From an uncultured Verrucomicrobia subdivision 3 bacterium (GTDB taxonomy: Bacteria > Verrucomicrobiota > Verrucomicrobiia > Limisphaerales > UBA11358), in NCBI GenBank assembly GCA_903850425.1, contig CAINLR010000141.1, positions 45,296 through 109,295 of the forward strand: 64,000 nucleotides of DNA. The letters are read 5' to 3'. Positions within the stretch are counted from its first letter, which is position 1. Every line of letters starts with the position of its first letter. Made by a program: the position numbers and the translations under genes. The notes beneath the pieces were generated by a model. The model did not search any database. It was not told where the DNA came from and saw only the letters and a program-made list of their open reading frames with translations. Positions 27,830 to 36,270 of this stretch are shown one piece after another.

Positions 27830-28057
27830 ATGAATTCAAATCTGATTCGCGAGCGGCTGAACCGGGACACGAAACCGTTCGTGTTCCGGTTGAGCGACGG
27901 CTCGCGCGTGGCGGTGGCGCATCCGGATTTTGTGGCGGTGGCACCAGGCATCGTGGTTGTCATTGACTCCAAAACGCAGGCGCAGACGCATATTGATCCG
28001 TTGCATGTCGTTGCCATTGAAGAAAAGCGATCCACCAAATCCAACGGCAAGCATTAA
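27830..28057 (+). CDS. Small hypothetical protein (75 aa)
   Basis: The ORF has an ATG start, fills the gap between the ROK gene and leuC, and runs in the same direction. I recognise no motif. Confidence 0.4.
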   Translation: MNSNLIRERLNRDTKPFVFRLSDGSRVAVAHPDFVAVAPGIVVVIDSKTQAQTHIDPLHVVAIEEKRSTKSNGKH

Positions 28058-28078
28058 ATTTTTTCCACCAACTTTACC

Positions 28079-29452
28079 ATGACGCTTACTGAAAAAATCC
28101 TCGCGCGCGCGGCCGGCAAACCCACCGTCCAGGCCGGCGACAACATCTGGGTGAACGCCGACGTGCTCATGACGCACGATGTTTGCGGGCCGGGCACCAT
28201 CGGCGTGTTCAAACGCGAATTCGGCCAAGCCGCGAAGGTCTGGGACAAGAAGAAAATCGTCATCATTCCCGACCACTACATCTTCACCGCTGACTCCAAG
28301 TCCAACCGCAACGTGGACATCCTCCGCGATTTTTCGCGCGAGCAGGGCATCGAATATTTCTACGACGTGATTGATGACCAGAACGGCCACTGGGTTTTTG
28401 ATGCCGTCAAAGGCAACATGAAACGCCAATACGGTTCGCGCTACGCCGGCGTCTGCCACACGGCGTTGCCGCAGAAGGGCCACACGCGTCCCGGTGAAAT
28501 TCTGTTCGGCACCGACTCGCACACCTGCATGGCGGGCGCGTTCAACCAGTTCGCCACCGGCATCGGCAATACCGACGCGGGTTTCGTGATGGGCACGGGC
28601 AAGTTGCTCATCAAAGTTCCCGAGACGATGCACTTCCGGCTCGAAGGCAAATTGCAGCCCGGCGTCATGGCCAAGGACATCATCCTCCATTGCATCGGCG
28701 AGATCGGTTTCGACGGCGCGACCTATCGCGCGTTGCAGTTTGACGGCGAAGGCGCGCTCAACCTCTCGATGGACGACCGCATGACCATCGCCAACATGGC
28801 CATCGAAGCGGGCGGCAAGAATGCCATGTTTGAATTTGATTCACGCACGGCGGAATATGTTGACGCGCGTGTGAAATTGAATGGCACCAAGTCCACCTAC
28901 GAACCGGTTGCCCGCGACAAGAGCGAAAAATTTGTTTACGAACACGTCGTAGATTTGAGCCAGTTGGAACCGACCGTGGCGTGTCACCCTGATCCGGGCC
29001 AGCGCAAAAAAGCGAAGGACATGGACATGAAATTGGACCGCGCCTATGTCGGTTCGTGCACTGGTGGCAAGACGAGCGACTTCGTGGAATTCGCCCGCGT
29101 GTTGCGCGGCAAAAAAGTGGTCATTGATACCTTTGGCGTGCCCGCGACGCCGGAGATCGTGCGCGATTTGCAGTCCACCTATTGGGGCAACACGACCATC
29201 TGGGAAATTCTCGTGAGCGCCGGTGTGCAGATGACCGAGAACGCCGGCTGCGCCGCGTGCCTCGGCGGCCCGGTGGACACCTTCGGCCGCATCAACAAAT
29301 CCGGCATCAAGTGCATCAGCGCGACGAACCGCAATTTCCCCGGCCGCATGGGCGACAAGGAATCGCAGGTGTTTCTCGCGTCGCCGATGACCGTGGCCGC
29401 GAGCGCCTTGACCGGCAAGGTGACGGATCCGCGCGAGTATTTGGGGAATTAA
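28079..29452 (+). CDS. leuC: Aconitase-family dehydratase large subunit (3-isopropylmalate dehydratase / homoaconitase LeuC type)
   Basis: MTLTEKILARAAG...VLMTHDVCGPG...GTDSHTCMAGA...YVGSCTGGKTSDF...SATNRNFPGRMG. These are the Fe-S cluster Cys motifs of the aconitase superfamily. Confidence 0.85.
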   Translation: MTLTEKILARAAGKPTVQAGDNIWVNADVLMTHDVCGPGTIGVFKREFGQAAKVWDKKKIVIIPDHYIFTADSKSNRNVDILRDFSREQGIEYFYDVIDDQNGHWVFDAVKGNMKRQYGSRYAGVCHTALPQKGHTRPGEILFGTDSHTCMAGAFNQFATGIGNTDAGFVMGTGKLLIKVPETMHFRLEGKLQPGVMAKDIILHCIGEIGFDGATYRALQFDGEGALNLSMDDRMTIANMAIEAGGKNAMFEFDSRTAEYVDARVKLNGTKSTYEPVARDKSEKFVYEHVVDLSQLEPTVACHPDPGQRKKAKDMDMKLDRAYVGSCTGGKTSDFVEFARVLRGKKVVIDTFGVPATPEIVRDLQSTYWGNTTIWEILVSAGVQMTENAGCAACLGGPVDTFGRINKSGIKCISATNRNFPGRMGDKESQVFLASPMTVAASALTGKVTDPREYLGN

Positions 29453-29472
29453 TCCGAAAACTTAGTTCAACC

Positions 29473-29514
29473 AAAGCCCGGCAGAGCGTGATGCTTTGCC
29501 GGGCTTTTGTTTTT
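29473..29514. terminator. Rho-independent terminator-like hairpin between convergent genes
   Basis: aaagcccggcagagcgtgatgctttgccgggcttttgttttt. It has a GC-rich stem (gcccggca/tgccgggc) followed by a T run on the plus strand and an A run on the other side. Confidence 0.55.
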
Positions 29515-29646
29515 ATCCAGTGGCTGTGTAAAATCTTGGAAGATTCCCTTTGCGGAATTGCCGCCACCCTTGAATCGCGCACCATGGCCGTGTGCATCGC
29601 CCGCGCGGCGACTGCTGTTCAGAAAGCTTCTCAGGCCGGCTTAAGT

Positions 29647-30906
29647 TTACACCAGTTCCGTTGCCGGCAGATAGACCGTGAAGATGGAGCCTTCGCCGAT
29701 CTGGGTGTGGCAGTGCAGCGCGCCGCCGGCTTCCTTGATGAGCCGCTGGACAATGTTGAGGCCGAGGCCGGTGCCGTGTTGCGAGCCCTTGGTGGTGAAG
29801 TAAGGCTGAAATATCTTCGGCAGCACCGCCGCCGGAATCCCCGGCCCGGTGTCGCGCACCCATAATTTCACGAGCGGCGCGGTGTTGTCCAGGTTTTCGA
29901 GATTGAGCAGGCGGTCATGCGGCCCGTCTTTGAAGGTCGCCAGATTCAACGGCTGCGACAGCACTTCGCCGCCGAGGGCGACCGCATGGGACTGGGGCGC
30001 GCACTGAAACGCGTTCACGGTCAGATTGAGCAGAATCTGGATCAAATCCGTGCCGTTGATTTTTACGGCCACATCCTTCGTAAGCGGCGTCAGTTGGAAT
30101 TCATTGCCGTGCAGATTCGGATGCACGCGCACAAGTTGTTCGAGGTCGAGCAGCAACTGGTTCACGCTGACCGGCGTGCTGTCCTGGTCCTGCTGCCGGA
30201 GGAAACCGAGGTAGCGCCGCGAAATATCAATGCAATTCCCGACCTGCCGCTCGATGATGCTCAGCCGTTCGCGGATGAATTCCAAGTCTTCCAGTTCCAG
30301 TCGCGAGGCCCGGTTCAACTTCTTGTTCAACAACTGGACGAACCCGGAAATCACCGTGAGCGGGCCGTTGATGTCGTGAATGATGCTCGCGTAAATATCA
30401 CCGCGCGTCTTGGCGATTTGTTCTTCGACGCGCTGGCTTTGCAATTCGTCCACCAGTTCATTGACTTTTTCCGCGCTGGAATGGATTTCACTTTCCAGCA
30501 ACCGGCGTTGCATCGCCTGGCCCACGGCGGCGCGCATGGTCGCAATGTCAAACGGCTTGTTGATGTAGTCGCACGCGCGCAACCGCAAGGCCTGCCGGAT
30601 GGTGTCGGTCGTCTCAAACGCCGTCATCATGATCACCTCGATGTCGGGGTTCACATATTTGAGGCGCTCCAAAACTTCAATGCCCGACATGCCCGCCATG
30701 CGGATGTCCAGCACGGCCACATCAATCGGGTGTTTCTGTGCGAGTTCAATCGCGGTCGGTCCATCTTCGGCCATGAGCAGGTCATAACTGTCCTTGAAAA
30801 TCACCCGCAGCGACAGGCGCGGTCCTTCCTCGTCATCCACAATCAACAACTTGCCGCGCCGTTTCGGCGGCGGCGGCGTGATGGCTTCCAGCAAGTTGGA
30901 CATCAT
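29647..30906 (-). CDS. Hybrid response-regulator receiver plus histidine kinase
   Basis: The REC domain contains LLIVDDEEG...DVAVLDIRMAGMSG. A coiled-coil follows, then an H-box (ASIIHDINGPLT) and an HATPase_c domain (DTGPGI...GTGLGLNIVQRLIKEAGG). Confidence 0.8.
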   Translation of the reverse strand: MMSNLLEAITPPPPKRRGKLLIVDDEEGPRLSLRVIFKDSYDLLMAEDGPTAIELAQKHPIDVAVLDIRMAGMSGIEVLERLKYVNPDIEVIMMTAFETTDTIRQALRLRACDYINKPFDIATMRAAVGQAMQRRLLESEIHSSAEKVNELVDELQSQRVEEQIAKTRGDIYASIIHDINGPLTVISGFVQLLNKKLNRASRLELEDLEFIRERLSIIERQVGNCIDISRRYLGFLRQQDQDSTPVSVNQLLLDLEQLVRVHPNLHGNEFQLTPLTKDVAVKINGTDLIQILLNLTVNAFQCAPQSHAVALGGEVLSQPLNLATFKDGPHDRLLNLENLDNTAPLVKLWVRDTGPGIPAAVLPKIFQPYFTTKGSQHGTGLGLNIVQRLIKEAGGALHCHTQIGEGSIFTVYLPATELV

Positions 30907-30936
30907 CCGCCGAAACTACCGCAAAAAAAACCGGCC

Positions 30937-32241
30937 TCAAGCAGAAAGCAACTGCCGCAGCCACTCCAACCCCTGCGTCGCCGTCACCTCCTTGAAGGTG
31001 AGGCGATCCCAAGCATTCAAATATCTTCTCACCGCCACGCCGCCAGCCGAGGCCAGCGCGATGAAAACCGTCCCCACCGGTTTGTCCGCCGTGCCGCCGC
31101 CCGGCCCGGCGATCCCGGTGATCGCCACCGCCAGGTCCGCCCCGAATTGCTGCCGCGCGCCCGCTGCCATTTCCCGCGCAACCACTTCGCTCACCGCGCC
31201 ATGCGCGGCGAGCGATGCGGACCGAACCCCGAGAAATGTTGCTTTTGCCGCATTGCTGTAGCACACCACGCCGCCGAGAAAAACCGCGGATGCGCCCGGC
31301 ACATTCGTGAGCCGCTGCGCCATGTTTCCGCCGGTGCAGGATTCCGCCAACGCCAGTGTTTGCTTCTTTTGCGCCAGAAGTTTGACGACCACGGTTTCAA
31401 TTTCATCGTCGTCGAAACCAAAAATAGTTGCGCCGAGATTCTTCCGCGCCACGGCCTCGCCCGCACGGACGAGGTCCTCCGCCCCCAGCCCGCTGGCGGT
31501 CAGCCGCACGTCTACCGCGCCGGGCCGCGCACAATAGCCGACTTCCAAGCCGGCCTTCACCAGCGGTTGTAAATCGCTTTCCACCTTCTCCTGCACGCTC
31601 GATTCGCCGACGCCGGTGGTCCGCAAGGTGCGGCAGACAAAAATCTCCCTGACAAATTCACGCTTCAGCCAAGGCGCAATCGAATCATCAAACATCGGCC
31701 GCAGTTCGCGGGGCGGGCCGGGCAGCATCACGAGCCATTTTGGGGAAGCAGATGGCAGATGGGAGATGGTAGGTGGGGAGGTTTCAGCCCCAACTCCCAG
31801 CTTCCAACTTCCATTTCCTATTTTCATCGCCAGTCCCGGCGCGGTTCCATTTTGATTCAGGAAAACCAGCGCGCCTTCGGGCACAAACGTTTCCACACTG
31901 GTTTTCGCCGGGCGCGGACGATTCCGCCTCGCAAAAAAGTTTTCGATATGCGCGAGCACCGCCTGGTTCTCAATCAGCTTTTTGCCGAGCAGTTCGGCGA
32001 TGAGTTCGCGCGTGATGTCGTCCGAGGTCGGACCGAGACCGCCGGTGGTGATGACCAGATCCGCGCGGCTCAAGGCTTCGCGCACGGCCTGCTGGATTTC
32101 GTGGCCGGTGTCGCCAATGGCCACCTGCCGCGTGACGACGTGGCCGAGATCGGCGAGGCGGCGGCAAAGCCATTGCTGATGCGTGTTCAGGACGCGGCCG
32201 AGCATCAGTTCGCTGCCGGTGTTGACGAGTTCGACGTTCAT
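30937..32241 (-). CDS. cinA: CinA-family protein (MoCF-like N-domain plus nicotinamide-nucleotide amidase-like C-domain)
   Basis: Start set at MNVELVNTGSELMLGRVLNTHQ. Conserved blocks are ITTGGLGPTSDDITRE and ESCTGG. The 13 extra codons in the track ORF are unsupported. The gene contains an in-frame palindromic repeat at 31745-31826. Confidence 0.85.
   Translation of the reverse strand: MNVELVNTGSELMLGRVLNTHQQWLCRRLADLGHVVTRQVAIGDTGHEIQQAVREALSRADLVITTGGLGPTSDDITRELIAELLGKKLIENQAVLAHIENFFARRNRPRPAKTSVETFVPEGALVFLNQNGTAPGLAMKIGNGSWKLGVGAETSPPTISHLPSASPKWLVMLPGPPRELRPMFDDSIAPWLKREFVREIFVCRTLRTTGVGESSVQEKVESDLQPLVKAGLEVGYCARPGAVDVRLTASGLGAEDLVRAGEAVARKNLGATIFGFDDDEIETVVVKLLAQKKQTLALAESCTGGNMAQRLTNVPGASAVFLGGVVCYSNAAKATFLGVRSASLAAHGAVSEVVAREMAAGARQQFGADLAVAITGIAGPGGGTADKPVGTVFIALASAGGVAVRRYLNAWDRLTFKEVTATQGLEWLRQLLSA
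31745..31826. repeat. Imperfect palindromic GAT-heptad element C inside the cinA coding region
   Basis: The left arm is gcagatg gcagatg ggagatg gtaggtg ggg. The right arm is ccccaactcccagcttccaacttccatttcc. About 5 of 7 positions per heptad are complementary by hand alignment. It is translated as ..KIGNGSWKLGVGAETSPPTISHLPSASPKW.. Confidence 0.7.
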
Positions 32242-32254
32242 AAAACTCCCAGAA

Positions 32255-32323
32255 GAAACCACGAAATACACAAAACACACGAAAGAAAATTTCTTTTTCG
32301 TGTCGTTCGCGGGTTTCGTGGAT
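32255..32323. repeat. A/C-rich palindromic element in the cinA upstream region
   Basis: gaaaccacgaaatacacaaaacacacgaaagaaaa|tttctttttcgtgtcgttcgcgggtttcgtgg. The inner stem pairs acacgaaagaaa with tttctttttcgtgt, and the outer pair is ccacgaaa/tttcgtgg. Confidence 0.7.
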
Positions 32324-32328
32324 CAAAA

Positions 32329-33174
32329 CTATTTCTTCGGTGCCTTCGGCTTCGGCTTGCGCGCGTCGGCGTTGAAGGTTCCCAGCAGATAACTTCTTTC
32401 GTTGTCCGGCGTGCAGAGCCAGATTTTCCCCGGCAAACGGTTGTTGGCCAGTTCGCCGAACTCCAGCCGCATCGCGTAGCGGTCGTCGTAATTTTCCTTT
32501 TGCACCGTGCCGCCCGCGTCCTTCCAGCGCAAGGTCACTTTCGCGGCCTTGTCTGCGTTGGTCATCACATTGATGGCCTTGCCGGACAACGCCTCCGGCT
32601 GCGCACCGCCGAAATTGACCTGCACCCCAAACTCAAACTGCCCGCGCCCCTGGCGCAGCGTCAGCAACCCGTTCTGAAAACTCACGCGCTCCGCGATGAA
32701 ATCCTGGGCGTGAATCCGTCCCGCCACCGGTGTATCGGGAATCGCATTTGTGCCGAGCGCCAACAGCCAGTTCGTGTCGTTTGCGGGCGGCGCGACCAGG
32801 GCGGGTTTGGCCGGTGCCTTGACCGCTTGATTGGCGACCACCGGCTGATTTTTGGCCCATTCAGGTTTGGAGTTGTTTTTATGAATCACCAACGCTGCAC
32901 CCGCCGACAACACCAGGACCACGACGACCGCCGCCGCCAGCAGAAATTTATTGTCCGCCGCCGGCGGGGCGGGAGCGGCCACATTTGAAACCGTGGCTTT
33001 TTTTTCCACCACCTTGGAACCCGTCAAAATGAATTTCTGATCGGCGGACGCGGGTGCCTGCGGCGCGGTGATTTTCTGGAAGCACGTCGGGCAGTCCATC
33101 ACCGTGCCGGCCTGTGACGAATCACACCTCATGTGCTGGCCGCAGACGGGACATGCATATTTGAATTCGCTCAT
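32329..33174 (-). CDS. Membrane-anchored protein with an N-terminal zinc-ribbon
   Basis: Start set at MSEFKYACPVCGQHMRCDSSQAGTVMDCPTCFQKI (CxxC...CxxC). A TM helix follows (LLAAAVVVVLVLSAGAALVI), then a ~170-aa extracytoplasmic domain. The upstream 90 codons of the track ORF overlap the argH promoter and start. Confidence 0.55.
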   Translation of the reverse strand: MSEFKYACPVCGQHMRCDSSQAGTVMDCPTCFQKITAPQAPASADQKFILTGSKVVEKKATVSNVAAPAPPAADNKFLLAAAVVVVLVLSAGAALVIHKNNSKPEWAKNQPVVANQAVKAPAKPALVAPPANDTNWLLALGTNAIPDTPVAGRIHAQDFIAERVSFQNGLLTLRQGRGQFEFGVQVNFGGAQPEALSGKAINVMTNADKAAKVTLRWKDAGGTVQKENYDDRYAMRLEFGELANNRLPGKIWLCTPDNERSYLLGTFNADARKPKPKAPKK

Positions 33175-33361
33175 GCTGTGGCGCCAACATTTCACATCTC
33201 CGTGGCGCTGGCAATGCGCTTTTTTCAAACCGGCCGGCACAAAACCAAAAGCTGACGGGAAACGGCGCTGGCAAACCGCTGGGCGATTTAGAGCGACTGC
33301 AGCCGGCGGAAAAAATCTGTGTTCATCCGTGGCCATCTGTGGTTTTAATGATGGCGCAACT

Positions 33362-34762
33362 ATGAGCAAAAAATCTCCCGTTTCCCGCAGCGGCCGTTTC
33401 ACCGGCGGTCCCGCCGCCGACGTCGCCCAGTTTACCGAATCCATTTCTTACGATTGGCGGCTCTGGAAACACGACATTCTCGGCTCCCTCGCGCACGCCG
33501 CGATGCTGCGCAAAATTGGGGTGTTGACCCGGGCGGAACAGATCGCCATCACGCGCGGACTCAACACCATCGGCAAGGAAATCAAAGCCGGGAAGTTTTC
33601 GTGGAAGCCGGAACTCGAAGACATTCATATGAATATCGAGGCCGAGTTGACGAAGCGCGTTCCCGCCGGCGCAAAATTGCACACCGCCCGCTCGCGCAAC
33701 GACCAGGTCGCGCTCGACATGCGCCTCTGGCTGCGCGATGAAATCACCGCGCTGCTCGGCGACATCGCCGGCCTGCAACGCGCCCTCGTTTCGCTCGGCG
33801 AGAAAAATTCTGACGTCCTTATCCCCGGCTACACGCACATGCAGCGCGCGCAACCGGTCTATCTCGCGCACCATCTGCTCGCCTACGTCGAGATGCTCGA
33901 ACGCGATTGCGAGCGTCTCTGGGACTGCCAGTCGCGCGTGAACGTCTGTCCGCTCGGCAGCGGCGCGATCGCCGGCTCCACGCTGCCGTTGGACCGCGTG
34001 CTCGTCGCCAAATTGCTCGGCTTCGTTGACGCTAGCGGCAAGGTTCAGTTGACGCAAAATTCCATGGACGCCGTGAGCGACCGCGATTTCACCGTCGAAT
34101 TCTGCGCCGCCGGTGCGTTGCTCGCCGTGCATCTCTCGCGGCTGGCGGAGGACGTGATCCTCTGGGCCGGCGCGGAATTTCATTTCATCAAGATCGCCGA
34201 CGCCTACACCACCGGCTCGTCGCTCATGCCGCAGAAGAAAAATCCCGACATCGCCGAACTCACACGCGGCAAGAGCGGCCGCGTTTTCGGCAACCTGATG
34301 TCGCTGCTCACGCTGCTGAAGGGGTTGCCGATGACCTACAACCGCGATTTGCAGGAGGACAAGGAACGGCTGTTCGACACCGCCGACACCGTGCGCGCCA
34401 CCACGCGCCTCATGGCCGCGATGCTGTCGCACACGACGATCAACCGCGCCGCCTGCGCCGTCGCCGCGAGCGATCCGGCATTGCTCGCCACCGACCTGGC
34501 GGATTATCTCGTGCGCAAAGGCATGGCGTTCCGGCCCGCGCATCATGTCGTCGGCGCGGTGGTGGCACAGGCGGAAAAAGCCGGCAAACCGCTGAACCAA
34601 CTGACGCTCGCAGAACTGCAAACCGTGGACAAAACCTTTGGCCGCGACGCGCTGGGCGTGTTCAATCTGAAGACGGCTATGGCCAGCCGCAACCTCACTG
34701 GCTCCCCCGGAACAAAGGAAGTCGCGAAGCAACTGGCAAGATGGCGGGAACAGTTAAGTTGA
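33362..34762 (+). CDS. argH: Argininosuccinate lyase
   Basis: Start at MSKKSPVSRSGRFTGGP. Motifs are TARSRNDQV, GYTHMQRAQP and GSSLMPQKKNPD (the fumarate-lyase signature). Confidence 0.92.
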   Translation: MSKKSPVSRSGRFTGGPAADVAQFTESISYDWRLWKHDILGSLAHAAMLRKIGVLTRAEQIAITRGLNTIGKEIKAGKFSWKPELEDIHMNIEAELTKRVPAGAKLHTARSRNDQVALDMRLWLRDEITALLGDIAGLQRALVSLGEKNSDVLIPGYTHMQRAQPVYLAHHLLAYVEMLERDCERLWDCQSRVNVCPLGSGAIAGSTLPLDRVLVAKLLGFVDASGKVQLTQNSMDAVSDRDFTVEFCAAGALLAVHLSRLAEDVILWAGAEFHFIKIADAYTTGSSLMPQKKNPDIAELTRGKSGRVFGNLMSLLTLLKGLPMTYNRDLQEDKERLFDTADTVRATTRLMAAMLSHTTINRAACAVAASDPALLATDLADYLVRKGMAFRPAHHVVGAVVAQAEKAGKPLNQLTLAELQTVDKTFGRDALGVFNLKTAMASRNLTGSPGTKEVAKQLARWREQLS

Positions 34763-35196
34763 CCTTGCCAATTATGGATTGGCTATCCGCAGATCTTGAT
34801 CGTAGCGATGCCGTGAAGACTGGCATTGGGCTCCTCCTTCTGCTCCTATTCATTGCAAGTTTGATTTGGTTTGGACGTAAAAAATTGCTGATAACGATTC
34901 CACTGGTTGTGATCATTTTGCTTTTAGCTGCCATCGCCATTCCTGGCATGGTGCCTGCCCACAGTGAAGCTCGAAAGGATGGTTGCATTAATAATCTGCG
35001 ACGGATTCGTGAAGCGAAAATTCAGTGGGAGCAGGCGGTTTATCGAAAGCCAATCATTTCCCAAGAAGATCTGGTCGGCACTAACAAGTATTTTCATTTC
35101 ATGCCAGCTTGTCCAAGTGGAGGCACATACACCATTGGGGCGGTGAATCAAAACCCGACGTGCAGCTTCGCGGAACGCGGGCACACATTAGAGTAA
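34741..35196 (+). CDS. Hypothetical membrane protein with a Cys-containing C-terminal domain (start uncertain; ATG at 34774 also possible)
   Basis: It has two hydrophobic segments. These are followed by GCINNLRRIREAKIQWEQ...CPSGGTYTIGAVNQNPTCSF, which resembles the globular part of pseudopilin-like proteins common in Verrucomicrobia and Planctomycetes. The DNA is AT-richer than its surroundings. Confidence 0.5.
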   Translation: MAGTVKLTLPIMDWLSADLDRSDAVKTGIGLLLLLLFIASLIWFGRKKLLITIPLVVIILLLAAIAIPGMVPAHSEARKDGCINNLRRIREAKIQWEQAVYRKPIISQEDLVGTNKYFHFMPACPSGGTYTIGAVNQNPTCSFAERGHTLE

Positions 35197-35269
35197 ACCA
35201 GACTCGTCCCTCAAATTTTTCTTTGCGTCCGTTCTATCTGCCATTGCCTGAAAACCACCGGCCTGCCCA

Positions 35270-35378
35270 TAAAAAGCGGTAGAGGGCTACCGCAGTCCAA
35301 GACGCTTTCGCGCGCGCGTGGGTCGTCGTCATTCGCGCCAGCGTCTTGGACTGCGCCAGCCCCCTGGCGCTTTTCCAT
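35270..35378. repeat. REP doublet downstream of the RAYT gene
   Basis: agagggctaccgcagtccaagacgctttcgcgcgc...gcgccagcgtcttggactgcgccagccccctggcgcttttcca. The two halves form an inverted pair. Confidence 0.8.
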
Positions 35379-35435
35379 CGCATTACTTCACGCCCGGCCA
35401 TTGACGATGACATGAAACAATCAGTGTTCCCACAG

Positions 35436-36005
35436 TCACCAATCCGCGTCCACCTCAAATTCATCCGCCACCGCAATCCGATCCGTCTTGAACCGGTATA
35501 TTGATTTCACCATCGCTGCCGAAGCGGTGCGTTCAATCCAAGCCGCTGAGCACCACGGATATTGGCACGCGACCGACTCCAGCCCGTGTTTCACCGCATT
35601 CTGATGGACGTAGTTCAGCCGCGCCAGATACGACCGTTGATGCGTGAGCCTGGATTCCCGGAAGTTGAACCACACCTGCCGGCCTTGAGAATCATCGAGC
35701 TGGTTCACCCACTCCGCCGTTTTGACGTGCAGCATACTCAACATGTCGCTCAAGCTGGAAGCGTCTTCGGCATCGGCGGGTGAATGAGCCATGAAATGAT
35801 AATGGTTCGAGAACACCGCCCACGCCTCCAGTTGCCAGCCAAATTTTTCCGCCACTGTCAGCAAACCGCGCTGCAAAACCCGCAAGCGTTTTGCGCCGCG
35901 AAAATGGTGAGCTTTCTGATAAGTGGATGCGGTGACAAAATAGGTTCCACCAACGCAAAGCTGGTTCGTGGGTGCGTGCGGCCAAGGTGTGCTTGGTTCA
36001 GGCAT
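35436..36005 (-). CDS. REP-associated tyrosine transposase (RAYT, IS200/IS605-like Y1 HUH enzyme)
   Basis: Start set at MPEPSTPW (ATG at 36005). The HUH motif is in FSNHYHFMAH and the catalytic-Tyr helix is RLNYVHQNAVKHGL. The 378-aa track ORF runs on through a REP unit and into the divergent GT2 gene, so the extension is rejected. Confidence 0.8.
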   Translation of the reverse strand: MPEPSTPWPHAPTNQLCVGGTYFVTASTYQKAHHFRGAKRLRVLQRGLLTVAEKFGWQLEAWAVFSNHYHFMAHSPADAEDASSLSDMLSMLHVKTAEWVNQLDDSQGRQVWFNFRESRLTHQRSYLARLNYVHQNAVKHGLESVACQYPWCSAAWIERTASAAMVKSIYRFKTDRIAVADEFEVDADW

Positions 36006-36061
36006 GAATTGACAATGGTTCGCGTGAGCCAGGAAGTGAAGCCAAATTTTCTTCCCGTGCG

Positions 36062-36105
36062 TGGAAAAGCGCCAGGGGGCTGGCGCAGTCCAAGACGCTT
36101 CGCGT
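36062..36105. repeat. Single REP unit upstream of the RAYT gene
   Basis: tggaaaagcgccagggggctggcgcagtccaagacgcttcgcg is the reverse complement of the distal half of the 35270-35378 doublet. Confidence 0.8.
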
Positions 36106-36270
36106 CGGCGTGGGTCGCCAGGGATCGCCAGTCTCCAGGACCATGCTCGTATCTGCTGACCTTGCGCGGGCTGGCTAAACGCATAAGCCATACCCAAACC
36201 ATTCGCGGCGCGAATCGTGGTCGCGTTACGGCCCGGCCCTGCTAGAATTTCCCGGCTGCCTAGCCTGCCC

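Noticed and set aside
29917-31572. 551-aa plus-strand ORF, with similar long ORFs at 24430-25254, 26684-27691, 27836-28690, 31759-32988, 33323-34732, 36286-37575, 53232-54257, 57095-58405, 60526-61341 and 62217-62990
   Set aside because: Each lies antisense to a gene with clear family motifs (histidine kinase/cinA, mutL, ROK, leuC, argH, GT2, GH78, GH92, aminotransferase, Calx-beta protein). Their translations are Arg/Gly/Ala/His-rich low-complexity strings, typical of stop-poor antisense frames in high-GC DNA.
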